From the NCBI GenBank assembly GCA_033442325.1, contig JAWQFM010000002.1, positions 1,048,266 to 1,075,752 of the forward strand: a DNA stretch of 27,487 nt, in the 5' to 3' direction. This DNA is from Salpingoeca rosetta. Taxonomy: Eukaryota > Protista > Choanoflagellata. The position numbers were made by a program, and so were the translations under genes. The notes under the pieces are model-generated. The model made no database searches, was not told the origin of the DNA, and saw only the letters and a program-made list of their open reading frames with translations. Each line of letters opens with the position of its first letter. Position 1 is the stretch's first letter. Positions 1 through 10,772 of the stretch are shown piece after piece.

Positions 1-4
1 ACAG

Positions 5-95
5 AATCTCGGATGAGAGCGAATGCTTTGTGGACGTGGCGTATCCGTCCTGCGAGGACCTCAACGCGTACCTCATCAGCAGCTTCTTTGACTGA
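5..95 (+). CDS. Terminal coding exon of an unidentified upstream gene (partial)
   Basis: CAG acceptor at 2-4, then one base plus an open frame ISDESECFVDVAYPSCEDLNAYLISSFFD ending TGA at 93-95. Third positions are GC-rich as in the other exons here, and low-complexity 3' UTR-like sequence follows. Peptide not recognised. Confidence 0.6.
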
Positions 96-854
96 TCGTG
101 CATGTGCTGCCCTTGTTGCACTGCAGCTCTTCTTCTCGCTGTTTCCATCTGTTGGTGATTGAGTCATCACACACACACACACACACAAACATACACACAC
201 ACAAACATACACACACACACTCTCTCTCTGACACTGTTCTGACTCTTTGCCCTTTCTTCCATCTCCTCTCTGTCCCCACCCCCCTCCTTCCCCTTCTTCT
301 TCTTCTTCTTCTTCTCCTGTCCCTTCTTGCTGTCCTTTCCTTTGGTGCTTTCTGTAATGGACTATCTATTCGGTCTTTCCATTTATTGACTGACAGACTG
401 ATTGATTGATTTATCTGATTTGAGTGCCATTCCTGCCTGCATGCGTGCATGCCCTTTTTTGCCCCCTGTATGTAACATGATGTGACATGACATGATGATG
501 CTTCCCCTTTGCTCTCCCTGCTTGCTTCTCTGTTTTATCTTTCTTTCTTTCTCTCTCTCTTGCCTGTCCATCCTGCTCTCTGCCTTTCTTTTGCCCATGC
601 CTGGTTTTATGCCGTGTGCATGTGTGTGCATGTGTGTGCATGTGTGTGCTCGCAATGCGCACCCTGTCACATGTCACACATCACACAGCCACAATCCCGT
701 CCAATCCAATCCAACAGTACCCAACACCATAAACCAACACCGACGACAATTTGTGAACATGTTCCATCACCTTTCCCCTTTACTGTACCTTTTTCCTCTC
801 GTCTTCGTCGTCCTCCTCGTGCTTCTCTCTGTGAACAAGCCAAGACAACCAACC

Positions 855-2210
855 ATGGGTCGCATGCACGCACCTGGCAAGGGTATCTCCCGCTCTTCCC
901 GCCCCTTTGTCCGCACAGCCCCCTCCGTACGTTTCTTCAAGACCAGACTCCCACTGCTCCTGTGAACATGACATGCTGTCCGATATTCTCGGTGGTGATT
1001 TGTTGTCACATCACGTTGTACTCGTCACCGTCGTGCTCGTTTGTGCTTGTGGTGGTTTGGTGGTTTGTGGTGATGGTTTGTGGTGCTCTTCCATCCACAT
1101 CATATCGCTTCCTCTGTTTCCATTCTTGCCTTCCACCAAGCCTTGCCTTCTCTTCCTCTCCTCCCTTCCCTTCTCCCACTACATTTTACTTTCCTATTCA
1201 CACTCACTCACTCATTCTTCTCACCCACGCACTCACTCTTCTCGCTCGCTCACGCACTCACTCACTCACACCAACTGACACCGCTCCTGCCGTTGCCCAC
1301 ACAACAGTGGCTGAAGAACCTGTACTCTGCTGACGATGTCAAGGAGAGCATTGTGAAGCTTGCGCGCAAGGGTCACACCCCCTCCAAGATTGGTAATGAC
1401 GCCGTGCCTTTGGGCTTGAGTTTCTCGGGTTGATCATGCAGCACCAATACCATGTGCATGCTGTTGGACATTGTCCTCAGCTGGGTGGCGGTGCTGTTGA
1501 TCTGTACATGCCTGGCTCTTGCCGACCTCCTGGCCTGTCATGGCCGTTGGTGTGCGTGCCTGCATAGCAGCACCGCATCAAACGTGAGGCTCTTTCTCTT
1601 TCTCTTTGAGGGCCTTTTGTTGTCGTTGTTGTTGTTGTTGTTTAATGTAAGTTATTGTTGTTGTTGTTGTCGTCGTCGTCGTTGTTGTTGTTGTGTCTTG
1701 TTGTGTCTGTGTGTTTGCACCTAACATGCTTGCTGTGTGCTGTGGGATGGCTGAACATGATGCTGAACACTGGCGCTCGCCACACCACATCTCCTCCCCC
1801 CATCTCTCCTCTTTCCATTTTCTTCCCCTCTCTTCCTCCTCTTCTCTCCTCCCCCGCCCCCTTGCCTAACCTTCACAACCCCCCCCCAATCTGTTTTGTT
1901 TCCAGGTGTGATTCTTCGTGATAGCCGTGGCATCTCGTCCACCAAGGCCATCACCGGCACCAAGGTGCTCCGCATCCTCAAGGCCGCCGGCCTTGCCCCC
2001 GAGATCCCGGAGGACCTGTACTGCCTCATCAAGAAGGCCGTCGCCATGCGCAAGCACCTGCAGGAGAACCGCAACGACAAGGACTGCAAGTTCCGCCTCA
2101 TTCTCGTTGAGAGCCGTATCCACCGCCTCAGCCGCTACTACCGCACCAAGGGCGTCGTTGCCCCCAACTTCAAGTACGAGAGCGCCACCGCCAGCGCCCT
2201 CGTCGCGTAA
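855..2210 (+). CDS. RPS13: 40S ribosomal protein S13 (uS15), 153 aa, 3 exons: 855-926, 1308-1392, 1906-2210
   Basis: Spliced translation [24 protein letters not shown]|[29 protein letters not shown]|VILRDS...[18 protein letters not shown]...[18 protein letters not shown]...[12 protein letters not shown] is typical eukaryotic S13. Both introns are GT-AG (927-1307, 1393-1905). Total 462 nt, in frame. Confidence 0.98.
1481..1583 (+). promoter_or_regulatory. Candidate structured poison (PTC-containing) cassette exon in RPS13 intron 2
   Basis: Acceptor-like TTGTCCTCAG ends at 1480, donor-like GTGAGG starts at 1584, and there is an in-frame TGA at 1498-1500 when spliced to exon 2. Positions 1488-1499 pair with 1565-1576. 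No transcript evidence available. Confidence 0.4.
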
Positions 2211-2249
2211 ACGCACCCATCTCCCTTGCGCGTGACAGCATGATGTGCG

Positions 2250-3223
2250 NNNNNNNNNNNNNNNNNNNNNNNNNNNNNNNNNNNNNNNNNNNNNNNNNNN
2301 NNNNNNNNNNNNNNNNNNNNNNNNNNNNNNNNNNNNNNNNNNNNNNNNNNNNNNNNNNNNNNNNNNNNNNNNNNNNNNNNNNNNNNNNNNNNNNNNNNNN
2401 NNNNNNNNNNNNNNNNNNNNNNNNNNNNNNNNNNNNNNNNNNNNNNNNNNNNNNNNNNNNNNNNNNNNNNNNNNNNNNNNNNNNNNNNNNNNNNNNNNNN
2501 NNNNNNNNNNNNNNNNNNNNNNNNNNNNNNNNNNNNNNNNNNNNNNNNNNNNNNNNNNNNNNNNNNNNNNNNNNNNNNNNNNNNNNNNNNNNNNNNNNNN
2601 NNNNNNNNNNNNNNNNNNNNNNNNNNNNNNNNNNNNNNNNNNNNNNNNNNNNNNNNNNNNNNNNNNNNNNNNNNNNNNNNNNNNNNNNNNNNNNNNNNNN
2701 NNNNNNNNNNNNNNNNNNNNNNNNNNNNNNNNNNNNNNNNNNNNNNNNNNNNNNNNNNNNNNNNNNNNNNNNNNNNNNNNNNNNNNNNNNNNNNNNNNNN
2801 NNNNNNNNNNNNNNNNNNNNNNNNNNNNNNNNNNNNNNNNNNNNNNNNNNNNNNNNNNNNNNNNNNNNNNNNNNNNNNNNNNNNNNNNNNNNNNNNNNNN
2901 NNNNNNNNNNNNNNNNNNNNNNNNNNNNNNNNNNNNNNNNNNNNNNNNNNNNNNNNNNNNNNNNNNNNNNNNNNNNNNNNNNNNNNNNNNNNNNNNNNNN
3001 NNNNNNNNNNNNNNNNNNNNNNNNNNNNNNNNNNNNNNNNNNNNNNNNNNNNNNNNNNNNNNNNNNNNNNNNNNNNNNNNNNNNNNNNNNNNNNNNNNNN
3101 NNNNNNNNNNNNNNNNNNNNNNNNNNNNNNNNNNNNNNNNNNNNNNNNNNNNNNNNNNNNNNNNNNNNNNNNNNNNNNNNNNNNNNNNNNNNNNNNNNNN
3201 NNNNNNNNNNNNNNNNNNNNNNN
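2250..3223. other. Assembly gap (974 N)
   Basis: Run of N. It hides the RPS13 3' UTR and the 3' end of the convergent RPRD1-like gene. Confidence 1.
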
Positions 3224-3264
3224 GCAAGCAGTGATTGGTCATGTCACGGGCCAATGTGACTCAC

Positions 3265-4363
3265 TGGTAATGTCCTTGATTGGCCTGTCGTCAAACACGG
3301 CTGGTGGGAGGGATCGAATCTTGGCCATGGCCGCGGCGAGCGAAGGAAACTGCTCCTCGTGGGCATCCACTTTCCTAAACAATTCGCGCTTCTGCAGCGG
3401 GGGCGTGGGGGGTGGCGCGCATCGCGAAAGTGAATCAACAAAACGTAAAGGGGTAAGGCTGTAAAGCCACACCATCCACCCGCGTGCGTGCAGCAAGTGT
3501 TGTTACATTATTGATGCGCTGAAATGACACGCAGAAGTGTGCTGGCGCGCACATGTAGTGACACGCTGAAGTGTGCTGAGGTGATATGCAAACACACATA
3601 CACCCACAAACACACCACATACACACTCACACACACACATCACATACACACACGCACACACTCACACTCACATCACATACACACATGCACGCACATTGAT
3701 TGGCTGGCCAAGGTCGACATCTTGCAAAGCATCTGTGCTGACAGCAGGGCCGCTGCTGTTGGCGCTGGCCACGGGCTGTGACGAGCGGAGGCGCTTGCGC
3801 AGTTCATTCAGGAACTCAACAGGATACGCTGCACGGTCTTGCCAGATGGAAATGACCCGAATCAGCTGCTGTTGGCCCTTTGCATCAAGCACCCTGTGCA
3901 GGAGGCAACCGCACCGCGGGCGTGTGAGCGGCTGCAATGCAATTGGAAGGTTTGTGTTTGCCATGTTTTGGCCACCAACCGCAGCTCCAGCACACAGGCA
4001 GACAGGCAGACACAGAGGCACAGTCACAGACACTCAGACACAGGCAGACTGACACACAGACACACACACACACACACAGACTGATAGACAGACAGACACA
4101 CACACGCGCACGCACGCACATGCACACACGCACATGCAGACAAACACGTGCGTGGAACTTACTTGTACACTTCGGGGAGCACGGTTGGAAGCACTGGCTG
4201 GAAGGCAGTGATGTAGGCCATGCCTTTCTTCCTGCCTTGGAGAATCACGTCATTGGCCAAGAAGATGAACTTGAGCTTCTGCTTTGTCGGCGCTGTTCAC
4301 GGGCCAGCGCAGGCAGAAGGGAGAGAGACAGGGGCGACAGGGGAAGAGAGAGAGAGAGAAATG

Positions 4364-4407
<44 letters not shown>

Positions 4408-4809
4408 GAGTCAGAGAGAGAGAGAGAGAGACAGAGAGACAGAGAGACAGAGAGAGAGACAGAGAGAGAGAGACAGAGAGAGAGACAGAGAGAGAGAGAC
4501 AGAGAGAGAGACAGAGAGAGAGACAGAGAGAGAGAGAGAGACAGTGAGAGGAATGAGGGAGGGAAGGGAGTGTCAACAACTCGAGAAACAACTCGAGCGA
4601 ACAACAACTCCACAAACAGCTTGAGCAACCATTAAATCCCCCACCGCACACACACACACACCTTGTTTGAGCTCTTGCTGCCACACTTTGACAATGTCGT
4701 CTGCGTGCTTGGAAAAGTGGAACAGCCAGAGCGAGAGTGACTGGATGCTGTCCTGGCTGGTCGACAGCGTCGACAGCTTGCGTATCAACGATGCCTTGTT
4801 TAATGACAT
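3265..4809 (-). CDS. RPRD1B: RPRD1A/B-like (Rtt103 family) RNA Pol II CTD-interacting domain protein, 3'-partial. Exons 4809-4662, 4292-4163, 3893-3695, 3391-3265; remainder in gap
   Basis: [49 protein letters not shown]|[24 protein letters not shown]...|[20 protein letters not shown] is a CID domain ([18 protein letters not shown]). Exon 4 [17 protein letters not shown] resembles the CREPT coiled-coil region. All junctions are GT-AG and frame-consistent. RPRD1A and RPRD1B cannot be distinguished (likely co-ortholog). Confidence 0.9.
4345..4545. repeat. (AG)n/(AGAC)n compound microsatellite in RPRD1-like intron 1
   Basis: About 200 nt of GAGA/GACA repeats, with a duplicated GAAATGAGTCAGAG unit. 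It reads as a long pyrimidine tract on the sense strand. Confidence 0.9.
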
Positions 4810-5328
4810 GTCGCGTGTCCGTGTATTTAAGTGTGTGTGTGTGTGCGTTTATGTGTCTGTGTGCAGCGAACAACAGGCGATGCTGTGTTAGTGGTGCAGC
4901 AGCAGCAGCAGCAGTGGATGGCTGCTGGAGTGCAGGCAAGAGCGAGAGAGGGGAGAGGGTGACAGAGGGTGTGAGCGTTGTCCTTCCTTTCCTTCTCTCT
5001 TTCTTTCTTCCTGCTGCTCGCTTGTCTGGCAGTACTGAAAAGTAGATGAAGATGTGGTCAATTATCGCCCACTGAGGCTTATTTTTGGTCGTGGGAAAGA
5101 AACAAGCGGTGAGAGACAGAAAGGAGGAAAGGCAGAGGAGGAAGTGAGGAGAGTGGCTGGCTGGTGGGCTGACCCTCTTCTGGGCTTGTATGTGTTGTTG
5201 TGTTGTGTGTGGAGGAGACAAGAGACACCAGAGAGCGGGTGCGAAAAGTGCCACGACCGCTCGCAACTCCAATCCAACCACCTCTGTCTTGGTTCAGCTT
5301 TGTTGAAAGCGTCAACTGACATGTAAGT

Positions 5329-8300
5329 TTACTTGCGACCACGACCACCCCTGCTGCCACCACGACCACCACGACCACCACGACCACCACGACCACCACC
5401 GCGACCTCCCCTGCTGCCGCCACGGAAGCCACCACGACCACCACGACCACCACGACCACCACGACCACCACGACCACCACGACCACCACGACCACCGCGA
5501 CCACCACGGCCACCACGGCCACCACGACCACCGCGACCACCGCGACCACCACGACCACCGCGACCACGACGAGCAGCTGCATCACCATCATCTTGCATCA
5601 TCTTGGCGCGCTTGCGGTCGTGTGCACCGGCCTCTTCCTCCTGCAGTGGTTCACAATTCAAGCCAGCAAGCAAGCAGGTGAGTTTGCATACATGTATGAA
5701 ACGACATCAACTACATTCCACACACGAGCACACACACACGCACACACGCACACACAAACCGCACCTCCTGTTCCTTTTCGAGGAGCTCTGCAAAGTCTTC
5801 GGCAGCGGCGAAAACTGAGGACTTGACGCCGTCATCACCGCCCATGCCGTGCTCCATATCCTCGTCTTCATCCTCGTCGCCAGACGACTCGGCAAGCATG
5901 CGCTCCAGGGCGGACTCGTCAAGGTCGTCTTCTGCTCACGTGCAAGATGGATGGGTGAGCGCCAACCGGGCGTGAGTGCGCATCCAACAAATGCGTAGTT
6001 GGGTGGCCATGTCAACGAAATGTCAGAGACAAGAGAAACAGAAATTGTGAGCACAGCGTACGAGCGCAAAACACCTCACCTTCTTCATCGAGGGCATCGT
6101 AGTCGACGTTGTCGTAGTCAAACTCGTCCTCCGAGCTACCGGCATCCTCAGCCTCACCCTGCTCTTCATCGTCGCTATCAGAGGCAACAGCGGCCGCCTT
6201 CTTCGCGCGCTTCTTGACAGGACCCTCAACGTCACCCTCACCTTCATCCTCATCCTCCTCGGCTTCTCCGGCTGTCTCCTCCGCTGTTGCCTTTGCCTTC
6301 TTCTTCCTCAGCTTCTTTTCCTTCTTGTCTGCGGTGTCACCGTCGCCACCGGCACCTTCAGCCTCTTCGTCGCTGTCGGGGAACGAGTCGTAGTCTGACG
6401 CGTCGTCAAGGTCGTCCGAATCACTTTCTCCGTCGTCCCGGCCCATCGCGCTGGGAGCCGTGCAAGGGCGTGGTTGGTAGCCGGGTGGGGGTGATTTGTG
6501 ATTGGTGGGTGGTGGGTGTCGTGTGAGGAGGTGTGGTGCAGTTGCTACAAAGTTGATGTAGAGTTGTTGCTTTTGCTCTACAAGCACAAAGATAGGCGCA
6601 TGTGCATGCAGCACACAAGCGAGAACACAACTCTTCACACATACACATACACAAGCAAGAACACACAGCCAAACACACACACGTACACGCATACATACAT
6701 ACACACACGTATACATACATACACACACATACGCGCATACACATACACACATCCACACATCCACACATACACACATCAACACACACGCAACAGGTATTCT
6801 GTGTGATGCTGTGTGATGAAAGCTACGCACGTTGCAAAGTCGAAGCCCAAGCCGCCGTCAACCTCCTCGCGCGCAATGGCTGCGTCCAGGCTCTCGGGCT
6901 CATCAACAGCCTTCTTGGTCTTGCCGAGGGACTTGCGCAACTTGAAGTACCTGCACAGCACCGCACCACATGGCCGCAGCGGCAGCAAGAGCAATCGTGT
7001 GAGTTGTGTTGATCGTGGTGAGTTGTGACACAGAGCTATTGAAACGAGAAGGACGCATGCAACACACACACACACACACAAGCATGCACACATGCACGCA
7101 AACACACACACACAACAACAACACAAGCATGCACACATACACGCAATCACACACACACAACAACAACAACACAAGCATGCACACATGCACGCAAACACAC
7201 ACGCACACACACACAATAACAACACAAGCATGCACACACACACACAGCGCGTCGTACTTGAGGAAGAAGGCCTCATCTGGTGCGACTTCAGACTCGTCCT
7301 GCTCAAGGAACTGCTGCGAGTTGACGGGCGCAGCAATTGCCCGCTTCGACACCTCCTTCGGCTGCAGTGACCATGTGCAATGGGAGTGGTGAGCGTGGGG
7401 TGAGTGGTGGCGGATGTGCAAGGGATGGAGGCGGCCCATCAGTGGCAGATGCTTTGTTCCAGCACACAACATCGTACAGGGCATGATTATTCGTTAAGGA
7501 CGGGATGTAAGGGGGGGGGGGGGGCTCACCTGCATGACGGACTCGCCACGCTTGACCTTCTGCTTTGGATTCTTGAACATGAAGCGGTCCAGGAACCTGA
7601 AGCGTCAGACGTGCAGCGTTCACGTGAGTCGGAGACGAGATGCTTCTCCATGAACTTCAGGCGAGCGGGAGGACACAATACCGCAAACACACACACATAC
7701 ACAAAACGCACAAACGCACACGCACATGCACATACATAAACGCACACGCACGCACGCACATGCACATACATAAACGCACACACACACACGCACACACAAA
7801 TACAAACACATGCATGCACAAACACGCACACACGCGCACGCGCACACACCAACCTGGCGAGGGAGAAATCCTGCAGGGCATCGCTGTTGTATGTGATGAC
7901 CTTTCCGCTGACGACCGCTTGGGCAAACGCCTTCACGGCAGGGTGGAAGTGGTGGTTCAGCTGCCATGGTGCATGGGCGCAATAGTGGAGGGCGGTGAGC
8001 AATGACTGACGCAAACAGATGCGGCACGCACTCTGAACACACAACACATACACACACATACACACACATACACAAACACATACGCACACATACGCACACA
8101 TACACACACATACACATACACACATACACACACAGAGCGGACAACCACAAAACTCCCCAAGCAAGCACACACTTGCCCCGCCACGGTGCACAAGCAAACG
8201 TGCACAATCCATGGTGCACAGCACTCACCACGGCCACCTCCCAGAAAGCGGTGGTCTCTGCCTTTGCAAATGTCGGCTCGCGCTTCAGAGGAAGGTAACC

Positions 8301-10696
8301 TGAGAGGTGAACCCAGGCACAGATACGTGCACATGATAAGTCAGACATCAGCGCCAACGTGTGCATCTGAAGGTGGACACCTCACCATACTCAGCACCAA
8401 GCGGCCGATGGATGCACACATCACGCACAAGCACATGCTCAGGCACACATGCATATATGCACACCTGAAGGGAAGCGAATGCCGCCATCGATACGGGAGT
8501 TTTGCTTGTGATCAGCATCATCCTCTGTTGCTTCATCGCCTGTCTTCTCTGGCGATGACGTCTCGCCGTCGCTGCCTTCCCCATCTTCCTCTTCCTTGAC
8601 GTGGCTGACCGTGCTATCTGCGCCATCACCGACCTCGTCTTCCTCTTTCTTTACTGCACTGTCGGTGGCTTGGCTGCTGTCTGCATGGGCTGCATTTGCC
8701 GTTTCCTCGCTGTCCACTTCGGGCGCGTCAACAAAGATCTCCTCCTCGTCAACCGCCTCGCCCTGGAACATGGCCTGGACCGCCGTCTTGGCATTCACAA
8801 CCTGCACCCAGCGGACACGAGGAAGAGGCGCGCGAGTGATGAGTGGGGGGGGGGGGGAAGCGGCCAGATGAGAAGTTGGTGGTGGTGGTGGTGGTGGTGA
8901 TGGTGGTGGTGGTGGTGGTGGTGGTGGCACCCATTGCATGTGCAGGTGAATGGTGCGAGCGACAATCAAGATGAGTCCGATTCAGGGAGGCCACACGAAC
9001 CTTTGACAGGACAATGAGCGCCGCGCAGGCAAAGCTGGGAGGAGCCTGCAGGCAAACTTGGAAGAGGCGCTTGCAGAACGCGCGCACTCTGTCCAAGACG
9101 GGGTCTGCAATGATGGCCTTTTGCAGGAGCGTGAGGTAGAGGCCGTGCTTGGACGATGACGGCAGCCGGTCATCAAACAGCGACGCGTACAGCGCACTGC
9201 ATGCGTATATATGTAGAATGCGGTGTGTGAGTGGGAGTGGTGGCGGTCGCTTGCTTTTCGACCACAGGAAGCAACGCACAGGTTGCATGGAGGCATCTTA
9301 ACATATGAACGCAAACAGAAAGATGCTTGCACACACAGGCGCGCACGCACGCACGCACGCACACACGCACGCACGCACACACGCACGCACACACGCACAC
9401 ACACAATTGCACGCACACACACACACGCCCACGCGCACGCACACAATTGCACGCACACGCACACAATTGCACGCACACACACACACACACACACCGATAG
9501 AAACGGTCTGAGATGGAACGGCTGGAGTTCATGACTTGGAAGAGCAGCATGAGCGCCTGTCAACGGTGAGGGAACGAAGGGGACAAGACGTGAGTTTGGG
9601 CACACATTGTGTGACTGTTGGCACCAAGCTGAACACACATCCGCGCACAGTTCATATGTGTGCACATGTGTGGAATTGCACACAGAGGGGCCAAAGAGAC
9701 AACGGGAGACCAGAAAGAACAGAAACATCATCACCACCCCAAGGGATGACGTGACGTCATTGCCTCTCCCATCTTCCCCATCCAACATCTTCCCCATCTT
9801 CCCCATCTTCCCCGGCCCACATCTGCCCTGTCCAACAGCTCTACCCTCCGTGTCCTCTCCACAGTGCAGGATACCTGCACGCTGCAGTTGAAACTGCCAA
9901 TGTGTGTGATGCGGAAGAGGTCGCTTGCGTGCGCCTCGAACATCTCGTTGCTCGCGGCGCCGCGGTACGGGTTGGCGCGGTTGATGCCCGTGAGAACGGC
10001 AGAGAGCAACCGGTAGTGCTCCTCCTCGTCGGGCTTGATCACAGCCTGATATTGGTTTGGGGGCAAGACGAAATCGCCAACGTTGGTTGTTGAGGTGAGT
10101 GTTGGGGCGAGTGTTGAGGTTAGGGCGTGGGAACGCGAGTGATATACACAGGAAACACAACGTAGGAGTGGAGTGAAGAGGATGATGAAACAAGACGTCA
10201 AACAATTGAGCGAGTGGCACAACATAGTTGGAGCAGCCTACAATTGCGGTACAACTACTCGTCGGCAGAAGCCCAGCAAATTGCACACACTAACACACTT
10301 ACACACACACGCACATATACAAACATGCACACGCGTATGTGCAAATGAATGCACACACACGCACACACACACACATTCACGCTCATACATGCACACATGC
10401 AAGCACACATACGCAAACACAGGTACACACCTTGAAGAACTCAAAGTAGATGGAGACGAGCTTCGCAGCAATATCCGCCATGCTGTGGGAGAGCTCAATC
10501 TGGGTAAGGAAGGTGATGGCGTAGTACTGGGCACGCAGCTTGATGTTTGGGCGGAACAACAGCTGCTGTACTTCCTTGATGACCACCATCGTCATGGACG
10601 GGTGCTCCCGCAGCAGCGTCTGCAAGTAGTAGATGGCACGCGAGGCCACCTTCTTGATGGGGTCGCCCATCGTGTTCACAATCAGCGCCAGCAGGC

Positions 10697-10772
<76 letters not shown>

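Noticed and set aside
927-1905. U14 or other box C/D snoRNA in RPS13 introns (vertebrate RPS13 introns host U14)
   Set aside because: No RTGATGA...CTGA pair with a terminal stem, and no U14 domain A/B 18S-complementary sequence visible. An H/ACA RNA cannot be fully excluded without a covariance search.
1866-3259. Long ORFs of 329-462 aa in the ORF track
   Set aside because: They are translations of the N gap.
3937-5281. ER/RE-rich and LS-rich ORFs
   Set aside because: Translations of the intronic (AG)n microsatellite.
5333-5818. Plus-strand (PPR)n proline-rich ORF, and a poly-Val ORF on the minus strand
   Set aside because: Antisense or alternative-frame shadows of the RGG-coding repeat. 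Only the RGG frame is joined in phase to the CEBPZ exons.
9557-9874. Box C-like GTGATGA in CEBPZ intron 6 (possible snoRNA)
   Set aside because: No downstream CTGA box D or rRNA-complementary guide found.
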